From Felis catus (taxonomy: Eukaryota), in NCBI RefSeq assembly GCF_018350175.1, contig NC_058382.1, positions 59,088,001 through 59,152,000 on the forward strand: a DNA stretch of 64,000 nt, in the 5' to 3' direction. The position numbers were made by a program, and so were the translations under genes. This document shows, piece after piece, positions 57,010-64,000 of the stretch. Each line of letters opens with the position of its first letter. Position 1 is the stretch's first letter. The notes under the pieces are model-generated. The model searched no databases, was not told the origin of the DNA, and was given only the letters and a program-made list of their open reading frames with translations.

Positions 57010-60000
57010 TCTTTCAGGCCTCCAGCGTGGAATTCAAGTCACATTTTCCAAATGTCTCCATGGGTATTCCAGCATGGGGAAATTCTGCCTGGGTTGCCCC
57101 CCACAAAGGAAGCAAGTGTGTGCTCACATGTTGGAACAAGGTGGTGGTGTCACCCCTTAATGAGAGAGGAAGCAAGGCCCCCGGGGATGCTGGTGACCCT
57201 GGCTGTAGGGCTTTGCAATTAGCACACGGCCGTGCTATAAACAGGCACCTTTTTTTTTTTTAATGGTAGTGGGCACCAGCTCAAAGGTGCCTGCTATAAA
57301 AACTCGGTGTTCTCTCTGCTGACTCATTTGGTGGGAACTGTAAACCCAAATGCCAACATGTGGCTGACCCACATGACCCTCCACTGGAAAATAAAGACAG
57401 GGTCACTTTAGTTCTTGTGTGAACAAACAAGGGACACGCTGCCAGATTTTCTTTCTCTCGCTGTTCTCACCCTCGCCAGCAGCTCTAACCAGGCATTCGG
57501 GGGGCCCCCCGTGTGTCAGTGGCTCCAGACTCCCGAGGAGAGGAGAGGTGGCCACAGATCGGCCCATTTTCTATTTTTTCGCCGGCAGCAGGGTGGGGGA
57601 CACTAAGCCTCGGAGTGGTCTGTGTTTTGGCCATGTGATGGGAGCAGAGAGGAGGCAGTCTGGGGGATGGGAACCCTGGACCTCGGGCTCGCCACCTGTT
57701 TTCTCATTAGTGACAAGAAGGTGCTGGTCTTGGCCAGAGGGGCAGCCCGAAGGCACACGCGACCCCGGCCGGCAACCATCACAGGTGCTATTCGCTGGTC
57801 ACAGAGGCTCTCGGACCCTCTCTCTGAGCCCTTCTCAATCCGGCTCTCCGGAGGCACTGATGCTCAGAGAGACCCCTAGCTGCCACGTGCATTGGTCTCG
57901 CCCACGTGTGGGGTGCTCCCTGACGGTGTCCTGTAGGTTCCCATCCAGGCCCGGCGACGGTCGCTAGTTCAAGCCAGGGAATCACGAGCCAGTGAGAGAT
58001 GGGTCTCTTCCGGGCTGGGGCACGTCACGGCTGCAGTGAGACCCTCCGTGGCTCCTTTCCCTTGGCAGGGCACTTGGGGGATCAGGATGGAAACCGCCCG
58101 ATGGGCCCGAGTCGCTGAGCAGGGCCTCTGCTCACCCACAACGGACAGGCCCGGGAACAAGAAAGAAGACTTTACCTACTTTCTTTTCTAAAGGCAATCT
58201 CAGGGTTCGGGGGTTGTTTGTTACTTCAGCATGGCTCGGCCTTTCCTGACCGCTACATCACTCCCAGCCCCTCCAGCCCTGTGGTCTTACAAGGCTGGGT
58301 CTGAAAACGCAGCCATTTCGCCTCATCCAAAGGTGTCCCTTGGGGTCTGTCACTGTGACACCAAAGCAAACTGTTCACTGCAAGGACTCCTGTGATGTCA
58401 GCTGTCACATCTATTCGTCCCTTAGGGCTGATTTTCCCTTCTAGTCAAGAGGCACGGAAGCCAACGTCCAGACGGTGGGCCACGCCCTTCGGTGCCAGGA
58501 CACGGATAGGGATCTGTGTTCATCTCTGCGTGCACGACACTCTCCACCGTGAAAAATAAGTTGTCATACGCTTTTTCCTTAAAAATGGTGGGTCCAATGT
58601 CAAGGCTCTCTGTTTCATTCCTAACTCTTTCCTCCAGCCCAGCAGGAACCACGAAGCTAAAGCAATGTCTCAAGAGAGAGGGAAGGAACCGTGTGTAAGA
58701 CCGACTGATGGGGATCTTCCCAAAGAGCCAGGCTTCCTCCGGGAGAGGCGCGGGGCTCACTCGGCCCCTGGGTGTGCACGGAGCTGGCTGGGCTCCAGGG
58801 ACACGGAGAAGCAGCCCCTCCCTTGAGGGCTCCGGGTCTGGGGGATGGAGTGTGGGGTAGTGAGGTGGAACCTTTCAGTCTCAGGGTTCCCAGTTAGAAA
58901 CCCTAAGTCCCGATGGGAGGCGCGTGGTGAGAGCCCGTGTCGCGTGGGGGTTCAGCACTTTGGGGTGCTCACAACCCGGTTGCCCACCGTGTGTAAGCCT
59001 GGGCTGGATATTTAACTGGACAGGCTCAAAATCCGTTCGCGAAACCGGCACCCTCCTGCCTTCCTCACAAACCCGGGGAGCAGCGATCGGGGCCGTGCTT
59101 GCTGTGTGCTCAGCCGGGTGCCTGGTGCCTTCTGGGGACCCACTGACCTCTGGCTGGACCCCCCATCTCCGCAGGAAACGGCGCCCTCCACTTTTAGCCC
59201 TGCCGCGCTCCGCTCAAGAAATCCATGCAAAGACTCGCCCCTTGAAAGAACACCGGGTGCTGGGGCGGCTCTCGGGAGCCCGGCAGCCTCTGTAGGCACG
59301 GGAGCCCCGTCTGTGAAGCTGTAAGTCCCACGGGACATCTGCTACAGGCCAGAACGCTTCCGTTAACGTGCTCACAGGTGTCGAAGAAAATAAGACTTGA
59401 AGATGCCTATTCTCTCTCTCTTCTTTACCATGTACGTTTTAATTTTAAAATGAATATACCGTAAGAATAATTTTCAACATTTCATTTATCATAATTAATG
59501 AATTCAGTCGCGCACGACGCGAGTTCACTGCGCCCGCGTGCACACTCGCGGCAGGTGCGTCGGGGGACACGGAGCCACGTAAAGTCCCAACGCCGAGTTC
59601 ACTGCGCGTGAGGGATGAAAAGTTCTAAGGAAAATCTTCCTGTTAAGATGACACATCTTTAAAACAAAGGTGCTCACCACCAGCTGAAAGCGGCCGTTTT
59701 CTTGAGGATTTAAGGGGGAGGAATTCACTCTCCTGGAGAGAGGATCCTGAAAACAAACTGTTAGCCCTTTCTCCCTCTCCCCCGGCTTAAAAATAAATAC
59801 ATTTTGGCGGTGTTTATGTTAAAAGCATATGAAGAGAGAAGTTTACTAGTTGTGGGTAATTTATACAATCTGTAACTACAAAATCATTTCTATTTATTTA
59901 TTCTGAAGGGTCTAACCTGGTACTCTCTCAACACGACCCCTCCGTTGGCTGCAGAGAGGAGTGTAAGCATGGCCACCGTGGTCACGGAAAATGGAAAACA

Positions 60001-62539
60001 GAGACCCCGTCACGGAAGACGCGCCATCGGGACTGCTCTGTCCCGCTGTGTGTCGCGTGTGGGGGGGACTCAAGCCGTCCACGTCCGTGCCACTCGAACG
60101 GCACTGCGATGTGGACGACTGTGCGGTGATCTTGCTAAAATGCAGGTGTGCATTTGAAGGTCTCGTGTGAGGCCCGGGACTCTGCATTTCCAACGGGGAC
60201 TAGCAGGGGCCTTGGAGCCTACTTCTCAGCTCCGGCTGTGTGTGTGAACCACCTGGGCTTTCAGAGCCCCAGTGCCTGAGTCCAAAACAGAGCAATGGAG
60301 TCAGAAATGCCTGGGCGGGACCCACGTGGCCCCAAGGTAGCCAAGGCTGGGACTCTGCCTGGAACACTCGGAAAACCGTTCTCTCCATTTCAGAGAGCCC
60401 ACCTCGGAGCCGGGCCCCGGAGCCACCTGGCCGGCTCTGCCACCGCTCAGCAGGGATTGCCTGGACCGGGCTTTGTCATCTGCTCAGAACACCCTGCCCT
60501 CTGTACTGTGCCAGAGAATACTCCTCTGCCCCGTTGGTGATGGCGTTGGCCTTGGGACTCGCACTGGCCAGTGGGGCGTGGGCAGAAAAGACGCGGTGAG
60601 AGCTCTCAACCAAGATCTAGAGAGGCGTCGGGGATTCCTACCCACCTCCAGCCTCCTGCCCCCCTTCCCGGGAAAAGCACGCCGCGTAGCTGCTGGTCTT
60701 AGGAGGGGAGACAGGCTCTGGCCCAGCAGAGCCACCCTGACTCAGAGACCAGTGAGAAGCACAGAGATGTTTCCGGAGGCCTCTGAGATCTCTGGGATGT
60801 CTGTCACGTGGCATTATCACAGCATGCCCTGGCTAGCATGTCCTCGAGGTAAGGAAAGTTACAACAGCGTCTGTAAAGCACTCGGTGCCGGGTCTGGCCC
60901 ATGGCGCGCCCCTCACGAACGTGAACGTCATGACTGCCTATTTGAGACGCCGCGGTCAGGTGCGTTTTCCGCAGAGCCCGCTCTTCCTCCTCCCTTCCTG
61001 TGCCGGAACACTCTGCAGCCCCCCCCCCTCCCCGCCCAACAGCGCGAGGTGCCCGAGGTGCCCGCTTCCCGACACAGGAACAGGTTTGCAGAGCCTCTGC
61101 AGGGGATGTGGAAAACAGCAAAAGCCCTTGCCTCTGTGAATGGGGTTTTTCAACCTTATCGCGAATTCTCTTGGTGTGGCGGTGGTTCTGTGTCCACAGA
61201 GCTCGCTGAAAGGGTTTTCTGTGGTGCGAGTGTGAAAGAAAAATGAGAAGGGGGAAGGAAACAGGCTCAGCTTTGTTAAGAAGCATTCCAGGTTTCAAAA
61301 GACACTTGAAGGCAAGTCCTGGCTACGGGCTTGAAGCGGGACCCGAGACCGCGCAAGAAGGAGACGGCTGTCACCGGAGGTGTGCCTGGATGCCCCCTGA
61401 GCCTGAGGGGCCCTGCCCGCTTGATCACATGGACCTCGACACAGACACACGACCTCAGTCACCTAGTGACCCTGGAGGCAGCCTGATCACTCTGTGAACA
61501 CCTCACCAGGCTCCGGTGTGGACAAAGGAAAGCACGCGTGCACGAGCTGCTGAGCCCCTTTGCTGGGGGCACACGGTCAGCTGTCAGGACCGGGGTCCCC
61601 GCCTTTCTGGCTCAACCACGCCAGTCTCTCACTTGTCCCCTTGACCCTGACGCACCAGCCGCTGCTCGGCTGCAATGGCGTGCCCCATCCAGAATTAAGA
61701 CGTGACAAGTGCTCCAGGTGGGTGCACACGGAAGAACCTTTTCCCTCCCAGGAAAGTGGGAGCTTACCCCACGGAACCAGGCGGTATCATGAGGGTGAAG
61801 GGAACGAACCGCGCAAAGGAAAAACCAGCCAGGATGTCAAGACGGTTTGCAGGGGAGAAAATACGGACAAGTCGCTGTGGTGAGTCAGATGAAGCTGGCT
61901 GGGAAAAACACTGGCAATCTGTCACTCCCCCCCGGCATGGTGCTGGGCAGCGGGATGGGGACGGGAGCAGGGAGTAGGCGTTGCAACAGGGGGTGGCTGT
62001 CACAGCCATGGCAGGTCGGGAAAACGCCATCACAAGAGTCCGGGGTCAGGCACTGTGAGAGGCTCATTCGTTTAAAGGAGGGGCTTAAACAGAATCTGAA
62101 AGAAAGAAACGATCGCTTGTGGCCTGTAACAATAAAAGTCACACCGCCTCCTTGCCGCCCGTATCCGCTAAGGGCTCACTCCCAGCACGTGCCCCTCCTG
62201 TGCCCAATTCTCCTTCCCCACACAGAGTAAGCGCCTCGCGAAGATGCTCCACACACGTGCTGAAATCCTGCCACGACCGATAAAGCAAAACACGGGAGAA
62301 AAACCGTCTTCCTTTCAAAACCCACGGATTCTCAGTCCACCTAACTGGCTTCTTTACTGGTCTTGTTTTGGAGAAAGTCCTTTAACACCGCATCCTGCCG
62401 ATTTGCTCAGGACGAAGTGTTTCAGGGCAGGAAGATGGGCGGGCGGGCGGGCGCTTCGCCTAGACTCTGCTGTGCAGCGTGCTAACCCCGCAGCTTAAAC
62501 CAGCCACGCGAGCCACACAAGCCCCGTGGACGCAGCGCT

Positions 62540-63570
62540 GAACAGAAAGACTGAGGCTGGCTTGTTCATTACGAGTGGGGAGTTTTGCTCATTGAAGTGC
62601 GGTGCGGCCAGAGGGAAACGGAGTCAAGGGCTGTTAATTGCCTCTGGTACTGCTAAGGGATTAGCCCTTGCCAGCGGCAGCTGCTTAAGACTAATTCCGC
62701 CCAGAGAGGAGGTGCGGCCTGCCCCGCACACCGAGATCGCCCTGCGTTTCCCAGGATTTGCGGCAGGAGCGGAGCCCGCAGAACCCCTGCCTCGTTTTCG
62801 TTAACTCAAGCCCTGCACGAACCGTCTCCCCCAACGAGAGGCGAGACTCCCTGGACCTGGCTTCAACCTCCAGAGCCACAGGGGAGGGGGTGGGGTCCTC
62901 CCTGGGGAAGGCCGCTTTCCTCACCTTTTCCTCCGGGTGCGCAGAGATACCGTCCGGTCACCTCTCTACCTTCCACATGTGCCCTGTGTGTTGGCGACAC
63001 CTGTCAGGGGGGCCCCGTCTCACTAGTAGAGCCGGCCATGGCGCGGGAACGGGGGCCACCCCAGGGGGAAGTAACGGCGTTGGGGCAGAGGCCCTGAGGC
63101 TGCCTGGGCCCCCAGAGGTCTGGGGGGGGCTGCCCCCTGAGATGGGCCCCTGGTGGCTGAGCTGTGAACTGCAGCCAGCACTGGGGGGGGGGGGGGCCCA
63201 GGGGAGGGCGGAGGGCCCCCTCGGGGTGGGGGGGGAGAGGCCTTTCTCTCTCCTCCCGCCGGGTTTTTATGAATACAGGGTCTCTATTTGAATTTCCTCA
63301 TGTAAGCAAGTGAACAAGACAAAAATTCAAAACACCTGGTAGTTCGACACTTACTCATTAAGAGAAAAAATCCCGCTAATAAAGACGCGAGCAGAGAAGA
63401 TGAAGTCCAGGTGATCCGCAGCTGCCGGCTCCCGCGACAAACCCGCGTCCCTTTCTTCTCTTCGGGGCGGGGACGGGAGGCTCCCCCAGCTTAAAGTCGG
63501 TTAATGCAGATTTTCATCATTGTTATCCTAAGCGGAGTCACTGCTGGCCTTGTAATAACATTTGCCCGGC
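62540..63570. promoter_or_regulatory. Repeat-free blocks rich in homeodomain motifs; candidate developmental enhancer(s)
   Basis: CATTA, TTAATTG, GGATTA, CTAATT, CATTAA and GTTAATG clustered in two blocks of lower GC than their surroundings. Confidence 0.35.
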
Positions 63571-64000
63571 GTCCCGCGTTGGGGGCTGTGCATATGGCGA
63601 GCACATTGTCGGTCGGAACCAGGAGTCTGGGGCGTCATCGCCCGGACAAGGAGGGGATGCTCCGCGGGGCCTCACAGGGGGGACGGGACGGCCTCGCGGT
63701 CAGGGCTTCCTCCGCGAGCCTCCTAGACCGCGGGCCTCGGGACCGGGGACTGCCACCGCGTCTCAGGGAAGGGGTCTGCTTTCCCAGACAAAGCAGCTCC
63801 TCCTCCCTCGCGGGAATCCGAGTGTCGGCCTCCTCGGGTCCGCACGGCTCGGGCTGTGCCTACAAGGACGGCGGGAAGTGCACCCGGGGCGACAGGCTCC
63901 GTGGCGGCTTCTCCAAGCCTGTGGTTCTGCTCTCCCTGCTCCTCTCTGGAGAACAGGGTGAGAACTACTGCCTGAAGGCGCGAGGCGGGTGTAGACAGAG

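Noticed and set aside
1..64000. Assignment to a specific gene locus or species
   Set aside because: No exon recognised; SINEs support a felid origin only. BLAT of 62540-63570 would be decisive.

Overview
This is mammalian genomic DNA, almost certainly from a felid (cat family), judged from about 15 tRNA-derived Can-SINEs, three of them of the young feline type with perfect target-site duplications (TSDs). It is GC- and CpG-rich and appears entirely non-coding (intergenic or inside a very large intron). I could not recognise any cellular protein-coding exon, RNA gene, CRISPR array or prokaryotic system. The many ORFs in the track are GC-rich chance frames or decayed transposon remnants (L1 ORF2 reverse transcriptase, hAT/Charlie transposase). 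The window holds old eutherian repeats (L1M, L2, MIR, MaLR/ERVL LTRs, Charlie1a, MER53, MER5), microsatellites, and several repeat-free blocks with enhancer-like motif clusters. Most notable: a MER53 copy whose miR-1302-type right arm is amplified 4x in tandem and which is split by an MLT1 LTR; a 5'-end-only antisense L1 flanked by a duplication of its host L1; nested SINE insertions; an A-tract VNTR; a triple EBF-type palindrome; a PBX-HOX/RUNX/MEF2 motif cluster; and pervasive AT-to-GC drift in old repeats. Repeat subfamily names come from recalled consensus sequences and need RepeatMasker/Dfam confirmation. I found no evidence of a novel multi-gene system.
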